A DNA stretch of 48,052 nucleotides from Thermoprotei archaeon (GTDB taxonomy: Archaea; Thermoproteota; Thermoprotei_A; EX4484-217-1), in NCBI GenBank assembly GCA_021158265.1, contig JAGGUY010000001.1, forward strand, positions 1 to 48,052. The letters are read 5' to 3'. How positions within the stretch are numbered: position 1 is the stretch's first letter; each line of letters opens with the position of its first letter. This document shows, in pieces, positions 1 to 7,848 of this stretch. The translations under genes were made by a program, and so were the position numbers. The notes beneath the pieces were generated by a model. That model searched no databases. It was not told the origin of the DNA and worked only from the letters and a program-made list of their open reading frames with translations.

Positions 1-910
1 AAGCCTCATGAATTCTCCTAAGTTTTCCATCACCATGTCTTTCACTTAGCCATTTGAGCATAAGTGATGCCGCCTTAATTTCCCCTATAGGGTTTGCTAT
101 ACCTTTACCAGCAACGGTAACTGCTGTTCCATGTACTGGTTCGAAAGCTGCATAATTGTCGCCTATTTGTGCTGAACCGCAGAGACCCAGCCCCCCTACC
201 ACTCCCGCTACGAGATCTGAAAGTATGTCCCCGTAAAGATTGGGAGTGACCATTACGTCGAAAAGATGCGGTCTTTTTACAAGCTTATATGCTGCAGCAT
301 CAACTATTACTTCATCAGACTCTATGTTCGGGTATTCCCTAGCTATTTCGAAGAATATGTTTCTAAATAAACCATCCGATTCCTTCAAAATATTTGCTTT
401 ATGCACAACGGTAACTTTCTTCCTACCATATTTTCTAGCATATTCGAAAGCAAATCTAACTATTTTCTCAGTAGCCTCCCTAGTTATTATCCTATAGGTT
501 ACTGCTCCTTCGGGTATTTTCTCTTCAACACCAGAATATGCTCCTTCAGTATTTTCCCTAATAACAACAATGTCTAGTTCTTTAAGAGATATTCCTCTAT
601 AGCTTCTGAAGGGTCTAACGTTAGCATATAGACCAAGTTGCTTCCTTAACCACACATTCACGCTCCTATACGTTCCGGGGCCTAAAGGGGTAGCTATAGG
701 TCCTTTAATTAGGGCATGAGTTTTCCTGATAATGTCTAATGCTCCATCCTCTATGGTCTTTCCTGTTTCCTCATAGTATTTGAGGCCAGCATTTATCTTA
801 ATGTATTCAGCGTTAAAGCCTACTTCGTTCAGTAATCTTATTGCTTCTCTTACTATTTCAGGCCCTACACCATCTCCCTCAATAACAGCTACTTTGTACT
901 TTCCTCCCAT
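1..910 (-). CDS. Isocitrate/isopropylmalate dehydrogenase family protein, IDH-type; 3' end runs off the window
   Basis: Absent from the ORF track; my translation from ATG 910 gives MGGKYKVAVIEGDGVGPE..KGPIATPLGPGTYRSVNVWLRKQLGLYANVRP..RENTEG..FEPVHGTAVTVAGKGIANP. Confidence 0.9.
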   Translation of the reverse strand, partial: MGGKYKVAVIEGDGVGPEIVREAIRLLNEVGFNAEYIKINAGLKYYEETGKTIEDGALDIIRKTHALIKGPIATPLGPGTYRSVNVWLRKQLGLYANVRPFRSYRGISLKELDIVVIRENTEGAYSGVEEKIPEGAVTYRIITREATEKIVRFAFEYARKYGRKKVTVVHKANILKESDGLFRNIFFEIAREYPNIESDEVIVDAAAYKLVKRPHLFDVMVTPNLYGDILSDLVAGVVGGLGLCGSAQIGDNYAAFEPVHGTAVTVAGKGIANPIGEIKAASLMLKWLSERHGDGKLRRIHEA

Positions 911-1416
911 GGGAAAACACCATGTTTTCTGTAGTACTCTATTACGCCACCTTCAAGAACAATCTTCATGATTTCTCTGGGATACGGTTTAAACTTAAAC
1001 GTTAGGTTTTTACTTAAATTCTTAATTATGCCTTTCTCTAAATTAACTTCCATAATGTCTCCTTCATCTGTTTTATCATATACTTCCGGAGCTATAATTA
1101 CCGGTAGCCCTATGTTTATTGCGTTTCTGAAGAATATTCTAGCAAATGACTTAGCTACTACTGCTCCTACACCTGCAAGTTTAAGTAGTCTTGGTGCATG
1201 CTCTCTGCTTGACCCGTAACCGAAATTTCTACCTGCAACTATTATGTCTCCTTTCTTAACCTTCTTTGCGAATTCAGGGTTTAAGTCTATTAGAACATAC
1301 TGTACTAGTTCATTTAGATTTTGAGTTTTAAACTTGTATCTTCCAGGAATTATGTTATCCGTATTAACGTTATCTCCAAATTTCCAAACACGACCCCTAA
1401 TAACCATTTCTAACAT
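889..1416 (-). CDS. Aconitase-family hydro-lyase small subunit (LeuD/HacB type)
   Basis: GRVWKFGDNVNTDNIIP, GRNFGYGSSREHA, SFARIFFRNAINIG; start may be ATG 1407. Confidence 0.92.
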   Translation of the reverse strand: MLEMVIRGRVWKFGDNVNTDNIIPGRYKFKTQNLNELVQYVLIDLNPEFAKKVKKGDIIVAGRNFGYGSSREHAPRLLKLAGVGAVVAKSFARIFFRNAINIGLPVIIAPEVYDKTDEGDIMEVNLEKGIIKNLSKNLTFKFKPYPREIMKIVLEGGVIEYYRKHGVFPWEESTK

Positions 1417-1431
1417 AACCCATAGATTGTT

Positions 1432-2691
1432 TTAGAAGAAATCTCTTGGATCAGAAAGTTTACCCTTAACCGCTGAAGCAGCTGCTGTAGCAGGTGAAAC
1501 CAAATATACTTTACTTGTTCTATCACCCATTCTTCCGGGGAAGTTTCTGTTAGATGTGGAAACAGCAATTTCTCCGGGTCCCAGGATACCCATGTGGGCT
1601 CCAACACATGGACCGCATGTTGGTGGACCTATTACACATCCTGCTTCTAAAAGTATGTTTGCAATACCGGACTTCAATATTTCACCATAAACTCTTTTTG
1701 ATGCTGGTATTGCTATGCATCTAACGTTTGGTGCGATCCTTTTTCCTTTAAGTATTTTTGCTGCAATATAGAAATCCTCGAATCTGCCATTAGTACATGA
1801 ACCTATAAATACTTGGTCTATTTCTAAGCCTTCAACTTCACTGATGGATTTCACATTATCTACGTTCGGAGGTACTGCAACTTGGGGTTCAAGATCCGTT
1901 ATGTCGTAATGTAGTGTTTCATAGTATTTTGTATCACTATCCGGTACTATCTTCTTTAATTCACCACTAACCCTGGGTTTGAGCCATTCAATAGTTTTCT
2001 CATCAACTGGTATTAGTCCGGCCTTAGCCCCCATTTCAACAACCATGTTTGTTAATGTCATTCTGGAATCAATGCTTAGCTCTTTAATTACTTTACCATG
2101 GAATTCTACTGCCATGTAATTTGCTCCATCGCTCCCTAAGGAACCTATTATATGCAATATTATGTCCTTACCCATTATCCATGGTTTCTTTTCTCCATCA
2201 ACAACTATCTTTAATGTTTCAGGAACCCTTAACCAAATCTTACCCGTAACCATCGCTATGGCGGCGTCTGTGCTTCCAACACCTGTAGCGAAAGCGCCGA
2301 AAGCACCGTGAGTTACTGTGTGGGAATCAGCTCCAATAACGACCATTCCAGGTTTTATGTGTCCGTTTTCCGGAAGTATTTGGTGGCATATGCCGTTTCC
2401 TACATCGTAAATTCTTATTCCATGTTTCTTAGCGAAAGCCCTCATAGTTTTATGAACTATTGACATACCAACTGCTGGGCTTGGTGCAGCATGGTCTATT
2501 ATGAAAACTACTTTGTTTTTATCGAATATTTTCTCTCTTTTCAGCTCTTCCTTCATAACATCTATTGCTAATAATGCTGTTCCATCATGCGCAAAAACAA
2601 GATCTACGTTCGCTATGATGAATTCTCCTGGTGAAACATTTTTTCCCGCAGCATGGGAAAGTATTTTCTCAGCCATTGTTTGTCCTGACAT
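1432..2691 (-). CDS. Aconitase-family hydro-lyase large subunit (LeuC/HacA type), [4Fe-4S]
   Basis: AEKILS, GICHQ, GADSHT, IGSCTNGR, CGPCVG, STSNRNFPGRMG. Confidence 0.93.
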   Translation of the reverse strand: MSGQTMAEKILSHAAGKNVSPGEFIIANVDLVFAHDGTALLAIDVMKEELKREKIFDKNKVVFIIDHAAPSPAVGMSIVHKTMRAFAKKHGIRIYDVGNGICHQILPENGHIKPGMVVIGADSHTVTHGAFGAFATGVGSTDAAIAMVTGKIWLRVPETLKIVVDGEKKPWIMGKDIILHIIGSLGSDGANYMAVEFHGKVIKELSIDSRMTLTNMVVEMGAKAGLIPVDEKTIEWLKPRVSGELKKIVPDSDTKYYETLHYDITDLEPQVAVPPNVDNVKSISEVEGLEIDQVFIGSCTNGRFEDFYIAAKILKGKRIAPNVRCIAIPASKRVYGEILKSGIANILLEAGCVIGPPTCGPCVGAHMGILGPGEIAVSTSNRNFPGRMGDRTSKVYLVSPATAAASAVKGKLSDPRDFF

Positions 2692-4024
2692 TTTCTACGA
2701 GTCCTCTTAAATGCGCTGGTAAGCGGCTTCTGTATTTCTCAACAATTTCTGGTATATGTTTTTTAACTAACATGAACATTTCAATATCGGTTAAAGGCAT
2801 AGTTCTACCAGTCTTAAATATTTCGAGAATTTCCTCGTAAAGCTTGTTGAGTCTCGGATCATTCTTCAAACTAATCCATCCGTTAGATCCGAAAACAGAG
2901 GTTAGCCAATACATGATACCTGCTCTACCAGAATACGGTGTTATAGCTATAGTGTATGGTACACCTAGGACAGCGTTAGGATCGTATGGTAGGTATACCT
3001 GCGGATTCTTCATTAACCCGTCAATATGTATTCCAGCCTTAGTCCTAAAAGCATTAGCTCCAACTATTGGCTGAAACTCTGGAACATAGTATCCTATTTC
3101 TTCGAAGAACTTCTTGATTTTAGGTAGTACTTTTAAGTTCATACCGTCAGTTGTACCTTTAAGTTGTATGTAAAGTAAAGCCATAGCTTCTAACGGGCAA
3201 TTACCTGCTCTTTCACCTATCCCCAGGAGTGTACAGTTAGATAGTGATGCTCCAGCGAGCCACGCGGCCAAATGATTAGCTACAACAAGGTGGAAATCGT
3301 TATGTCCGTGGAATTCTATTTGCGAACTCGGAACACCTGCATCTTCTATTAAAGCCCTTATTATCCTAGGTATGCTTCTAGGTAAAGGTGCGTTTTCAAA
3401 AGGTAAACCAACACCTAACGTATCCGCTACCTTAATTATTACTTTCGAACCATATTTTTCAGCTAACCTTAACACTTTCCTTACGAAGGGAATTACGAAA
3501 CCGTAAATATCGGAGCGTGTAATATCCTCTAAAGTCATTCTAACTGTGAGACCTGATTTTAAAGCTTCCTCAATAACGGAGAGGAATTTTTCTTCAGCTC
3601 TCCTCCTATCTAAACGAAGCTTATAGTAAATATGGTAATCGGAAACTGAAGTTAAAATAACTGCTTCATCAAATTTGGCTTCCCAAACAAGTTTCAAATC
3701 GTTAAATGTTGCTCTTATCCAGGCAATAGGTTTGGGATAATCATAACCTAAATCCTTAATTCTACGAGCAATTTCCCTATCCTTATTTGTGTAAAGGAAG
3801 ATTTCAGAGCTATAAACAACACCTTTAGGTCCGCTAAGCTCATGAAGTAGCTCATAGATTTTAAGAGATTCTTCAACAGTAAATGGTCTCCAACCTTGCT
3901 GACCATCTCTTAAAGTAGTATCTGTAATGCGTATTTCATGTTTCAAAGCTTCAGTGCTAAATCTTGGAGGGAGCTTGAAGGGAAACAGATCTTCGAAGAG
4001 AACAGGGTTTTCGCCCATTAACAT
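2669..4024 (-). CDS. DRE-TIM acyltransferase, Re-citrate synthase type
   Basis: ITDTTLRDGQQ, LSGPKG..SEIFLY, WIRA, SVSDYHI, LEDITRSDIYGFVIPF, LPRSIP, EFHGHNDF, GIGERAGN; these blocks match the clostridial Re-citrate synthase subfamily better than LeuA. Confidence 0.8.
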   Translation of the reverse strand: MLMGENPVLFEDLFPFKLPPRFSTEALKHEIRITDTTLRDGQQGWRPFTVEESLKIYELLHELSGPKGVVYSSEIFLYTNKDREIARRIKDLGYDYPKPIAWIRATFNDLKLVWEAKFDEAVILTSVSDYHIYYKLRLDRRRAEEKFLSVIEEALKSGLTVRMTLEDITRSDIYGFVIPFVRKVLRLAEKYGSKVIIKVADTLGVGLPFENAPLPRSIPRIIRALIEDAGVPSSQIEFHGHNDFHLVVANHLAAWLAGASLSNCTLLGIGERAGNCPLEAMALLYIQLKGTTDGMNLKVLPKIKKFFEEIGYYVPEFQPIVGANAFRTKAGIHIDGLMKNPQVYLPYDPNAVLGVPYTIAITPYSGRAGIMYWLTSVFGSNGWISLKNDPRLNKLYEEILEIFKTGRTMPLTDIEMFMLVKKHIPEIVEKYRSRLPAHLRGLVENVRTNNG

Positions 4025-4169
4025 CAGCGCCTCATGTTCTTGTGAAATGCTGGCCTATGAAGTATACTTAAGCTTTTCGAGAAATACAATGTACGATAAA
4101 CAGTACTTTTAAAGTGCGAAAAACGTACTTATAGATGCTCTAACGGTAAGAATAAATACTCTATTTAGC

Positions 4170-4802
4170 TCATGTTCCAAGTAGTGTTATTATAAAATAT
4201 GTTATTGATGAAATTAGCGGTACCGAAATATTGTCGTCAATAGTCCCTTGTCTTTCAAAAAGTGTGGCTAGAACTGCTAAAATTATTCCTATAGTGCCTA
4301 CTAGAATATAGCCTATTATAACTGTTGAAACGAGCATAGCTAAGCTTCCTATCCAATGCTTGCATCTCCTTTTACAAACCCTTGATCTCACAATACCTGT
4401 TATAGCATCGCCTACAGCCATGAAAAGCATTATTGCTGCACCAACATTTCTAGCATGCCAAAATATTAAGGAGAGTATGGCAAAACTTATTGTAAAGTAT
4501 ACTTCGCCTAGATTGTTTTCAAACTGAAACCAACCCATAATACTTCGTTTTACATGGTGAATGAGAAGAAGTACTGTAATAATTAGGCTGTACACAAAGA
4601 AGGCATAGGGTTCCCTGAAGATGTAAAGGTACATTAGTATTGCTGGTGTAGCTGATAAATGAATTATCTTCCTATTGACCCAAGGATTACTTAGCTTTTT
4701 AGTACCTAAGACAGCAGCACATATAACTATAGCTGCAGGAATAGCCACTACAAAATCATATATGAAGTCATGTATGTAAAATGGGGGCAAAGTAAAGTTC
4801 AT
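4170..4802 (-). CDS. Dolichol/phytol kinase-like (CTP-dependent) membrane protein
   Basis: RKIIH, GEVYF, MAVGDAITGIV, KHWIGS, DDNISVP; multiple TM segments. Confidence 0.75.
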   Translation of the reverse strand: MNFTLPPFYIHDFIYDFVVAIPAAIVICAAVLGTKKLSNPWVNRKIIHLSATPAILMYLYIFREPYAFFVYSLIITVLLLIHHVKRSIMGWFQFENNLGEVYFTISFAILSLIFWHARNVGAAIMLFMAVGDAITGIVRSRVCKRRCKHWIGSLAMLVSTVIIGYILVGTIGIILAVLATLFERQGTIDDNISVPLISSITYFIITLLGT

Positions 4803-5007
4803 TTAAAACCACTAAAAACATTTAAAAACAAAGCCTTTTATAAACCTTACATTCAAAACATAGCTTTCTGTTTAAACGTTCAAACATCCGATCATAGTTT
4901 TCATTAACCATTTAAACCTTCAATACAAGTTCTATTTAGAACCATGGACCATGGCTATAGAGACTATTTAGTGAGTAATGGTGTTTCGGTTTCTTTAGCT
5001 ACTGAAG

Positions 5008-5231
5008 CAGAAACATTGAACTGTAGCTTTTCATATTGTTCTACTTTAGGCAATAATGTTTACAGTGTGGTGTGCTAATGTTTTTCATGAGTATGCGGGG
5101 TGGTAGGGGCTTTGCTTCAAGCCCCGCTGGATATAACGTAGATGGGAGCCTTGTGCCGTTGGGCTCGACCCTCACCCATGAACCTACGGGATGAACATCC
5201 TGGGGTGAGCCCTCCGGGCAAGGCGGGAACC
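5008..5231 (+). mobile_element. Non-autonomous IS200/IS605 (tnpB)-derived miniature element, copy A
   Basis: Aligns to the reverse complement of 20451-20686 (shared ACTGTAGCTTTTCA, GTATGCGGG, and CCTTGTGCCGTTGGGCTCGACCC-N-CACCCATGAACC); hairpin GGGGCTT/AAGCCCC at 5106-5125. The repeat is directly seen; the IS family is inferred. Confidence 0.65.
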
Positions 5232-5301
5232 AATGAAAACCCTATCACAATGAAACAAAAATATATGGAGCGATACGGTTTAAGGAAGCGGATACTTAGC
5301 A

Positions 5302-5540
5302 TTACTCTGGCTCTATTATTATGATTACCTTTGCTCTCCTTCCATGGTGTTTCTTTAGTTTTTCTTGAAGCTAAGCTTATTAAATTTGCCTCACAAACCT
5401 ACTCTACTTAGGAGCTGGGGGAATGAGGATAGAGGAACTATTTCTGGTTTTTGGGTCTCTATAGGTTTTTGCATGTTTCTTCTTGTTTTGAATGGTATTG
5501 GGTATGCTGATGTTGTGTGTCTTGAGGCGTGCTCGGTAAA
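5302..5540 (-). pseudogene. Possible decayed small protein gene
   Basis: 5302-5370 reads LQEKLKKHHGRRAKVIIIIEPE*, a protein-like C-terminus; upstream frames are interrupted. Confidence 0.3.
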
Positions 5541-5571
5541 CTTATAGGTTCATAGTGCTTATGAGCTTATT

Positions 5572-5661
5572 GGCGACCCCTGGTTTCCGATACCCGCTCT
5601 ACTTAGCCGGGAAAAACCGTAATGAACCACCCTACGAAAACCGTAGGCGGGGAACAGTTAG
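5572..5661 (+). mobile_element. IS200/IS605 right-end-like remnant
   Basis: Hairpin CCTACG-AAAAC-CGTAGG (5631-5647) followed by CGGGGAACAGTTAG, resembling archaeal subterminal hairpin + GGCGGGGAGGAGGTCAG ends. Confidence 0.4.
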
Positions 5662-5703
5662 AGTGGTCGCTAGAGTCTAGAGTTCGCCTCTTTATATGTT
5701 TTT

Positions 5704-5785
5704 GGTCATCGGCTCATCCCTTTTAGTCCGCTTTTCGGTCAGGGTTTCATCCGTCATCAAGGCGAATGCCCCCAACTCCCAGCCA
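5704..5785 (-). mobile_element. tnpB 3'-end/omega-RNA-like remnant
   Basis: Minus strand reads GGGAGTTGGGGGCATTCGCCTTGATGACGGATGAAACCCTGACCGAAAAGCGG..GGGATGAGCCGATGACC; GC-rich, non-coding. Confidence 0.35.
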
Positions 5786-5789
5786 ACCA

Positions 5790-5880
5790 GAGATGTGGGG
5801 CACTGTGGTTCGATGGATGCTCCGAAGGCCCCCGATCCAGATGCAAACCCAAGAAGGAATGAAGGGAAAGCCTGAGCCTA
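5790..5880 (+). mobile_element. tnpB 3'-end/omega-RNA-like remnant
   Basis: AGATGTGGGG..CCGAAGGCCCCCGATCCAGATGCAAACCCAAG..GAATGAAGGGAAA, the pattern I recognise from 3' ends of archaeal tnpB genes. Confidence 0.45.
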
Positions 5881-5949
5881 CACTAATCATAAGCAGCCCA
5901 GGTAGCTAAAATATCTAAACTAACGGGCACGGGCAACCACGTAATGATA

Positions 5950-6010
5950 AACAACTTTTTATAAATCTTTATCCTCTAGAAGGATTGTAGATTCTGAAGG
6001 AAGGGGGTGT
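5950..6010 (+). promoter_or_regulatory. TATA box and RBS for cysK
   Basis: TTTTTATAAAT at 5956-5966; GGGGGTG at 6003-6009. Confidence 0.55.
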
Positions 6011-6020
6011 CTGTTCGTAA

Positions 6021-7037
6021 ATGTCGCTTCGTGTAGCTAATAATGTGCTTGAGCTTATAGGAAATACGCCAATGGTTAGATTAGCGAAAATAGATAAGAA
6101 CTATCCATTCGAAATATGGGCGAAATGCGAATTCATGAACCCAACTGGTAGTGTAAAGGATAGAATGGCCTACTATATAATTAAGGAAGCTGAAAAACAA
6201 GGTAAACTGAAACCCGGAATGACTATTTTAGTGCCAACAACAGGTAATACAGGAATAGCCTTTGCAGGATTAGGCGCATATATGGGCTACAAAATAGTAA
6301 TCGTAATGCCTGTGGAAATGAGCTACGAAAGAAAACTTCTCGACATGCTTTACGGCGCCGAACTAATCTACACTCCGGGGGGAGAAAGCGATGCTATGGG
6401 CGCCCTAGAATACGCTAGAAAACTAGCTAGAGAAAACCCCGAAAAATACTTCGTAGCGGAGCAATGGGATGACGAAGCCAACGTTAAAGGACATTACGAA
6501 ACAACGGGTAAGGAAATAATAGAACAGCTTGATCCAAAAGAAATAAGATTGTTTACAGCAGGCATAGGTACCGGAGGAACACTTGTAGGCGTAGGTAAAA
6601 GGCTCAAAGAAGCAAACCCGAACATTAAAGTTGTAGCTATGGAACCTGCTGAATGCCCAACAGCAGCATACTGGTTCTGGAAGAAAGGGAAGGCTTGGGG
6701 AAGACATGAAATAGAAGGTATAGGCGACGGATTCGTTCCAGTAATAATACAAAACCATGTAGACGTAATTGACGACTTCGTTCTTGTAAGTAGTGACGAA
6801 GCCATAGAAATGGCAAGGAAAATAGCTAGACTAGAAGGATTAGCCGTAGGTATATCGTCTGGAGCGAACGTCGTAGCAGCAATTAAAGCCGCAGAAAAAT
6901 TCAACATAAAAGACGGTAAAGTAGTAACAATGCTACCAGACTATGCTGCAAGATATTTCAGCACAAGACTCTTCCTTAAGAGAAGACTTACACCAGAAGA
7001 ACATAGAAGAATGCTTGAACTTGCACGTACGGACTAA
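6021..7037 (+). CDS. cysK: Cysteine synthase (PLP fold II)
   Basis: IGNTPMVRL, NPTGSVKDR, TTGNTG, GIGTGGT, HEIEGIG, GISSGAN. Confidence 0.88.
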   Translation: MSLRVANNVLELIGNTPMVRLAKIDKNYPFEIWAKCEFMNPTGSVKDRMAYYIIKEAEKQGKLKPGMTILVPTTGNTGIAFAGLGAYMGYKIVIVMPVEMSYERKLLDMLYGAELIYTPGGESDAMGALEYARKLARENPEKYFVAEQWDDEANVKGHYETTGKEIIEQLDPKEIRLFTAGIGTGGTLVGVGKRLKEANPNIKVVAMEPAECPTAAYWFWKKGKAWGRHEIEGIGDGFVPVIIQNHVDVIDDFVLVSSDEAIEMARKIARLEGLAVGISSGANVVAAIKAAEKFNIKDGKVVTMLPDYAARYFSTRLFLKRRLTPEEHRRMLELARTD

Positions 7038-7146
7038 ACAAACATTTTTCTCTCTTATTAATAAAGTTGATGTTTAATAGGCTTTCGATTTTAAGAAACC
7101 ATTTATAAGGTACTGTGTGCTCTAATTTTACTTGTGTAATATAGCC

Positions 7147-7848
7147 ATGGTAAAAAATCTTAAAATATATGTTGTTGTAGATAATGAAGGATATCCTGGA
7201 TTTCTGAATGACTGGGGATTAAGTATTTACTTAGTGACAGAATATTGGAGAGCTCTTTTTGACGCCAATACAAACCCATTAGTCCTCCAGTATAACCTAG
7301 AAAGGCTAGGGTTAAAACTGGAGGATCTTGACTTTGCGGTTTTAAGCCACCATCATAGAGACCATTACGGTGGATTTACATTAGTTGGTCTTAAAAAACC
7401 TTATCTTAAAGTCTTCACGCCGCCTGGAGGAGAGTATCTTAAAAGAGCCGGGCTCAGACCTATCATCATCAGAGAAACGGAAAGGGTAGCTCATGACGCT
7501 TACGTAATAAGTCCTTTGAAAGCCTGGGAGAACTTCTACGAAACATCATTAGCGGTTAAAGTTGAAGATAAGGGATTAGTGCTTTTAGTAGGGTGCTCTC
7601 ATCCAGGGGTGGTGAATATTGCTAGAAAGGCGCTTGAAGAACTTATGATGGAAAAACTTTTTCTAATTATAGGGGGTTTTCATGGACCACCGCCTTACAC
7701 TATAGATGAGTTAGCTAAATTTACAGATAAGATATGTCCAGCACACTGCAGCGGACTAGAAATTAAGGAGTATATTCAGTCAAAGTATCCTGAAAAGTAT
7801 TGTAAAGTTAGAACTGGAAAGGTAATAGACGTTAAAGATTTATCCTAA
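7147..7848 (+). CDS. MBL-fold metallo-hydrolase
   Basis: WGLSIY, LSHHHRDHYGG, GCSHPG, GGFH, PAHCSG; ATG 7147 chosen over TTG 7132. Confidence 0.85.
   Translation: MVKNLKIYVVVDNEGYPGFLNDWGLSIYLVTEYWRALFDANTNPLVLQYNLERLGLKLEDLDFAVLSHHHRDHYGGFTLVGLKKPYLKVFTPPGGEYLKRAGLRPIIIRETERVAHDAYVISPLKAWENFYETSLAVKVEDKGLVLLVGCSHPGVVNIARKALEELMMEKLFLIIGGFHGPPPYTIDELAKFTDKICPAHCSGLEIKEYIQSKYPEKYCKVRTGKVIDVKDLS

Noticed and set aside
5117..5547. Short ORFs 5117-5302, 5142-5324 and 5365-5547
   Set aside because: They overlap the repeat element or decayed sequence and show no recognisable motifs
5008..5940. CRISPR array, tRNA or SRP RNA in the GC-rich intergenic region
   Set aside because: No regularly spaced direct repeats, no cloverleaf with a T-loop, no recognisable SRP motif
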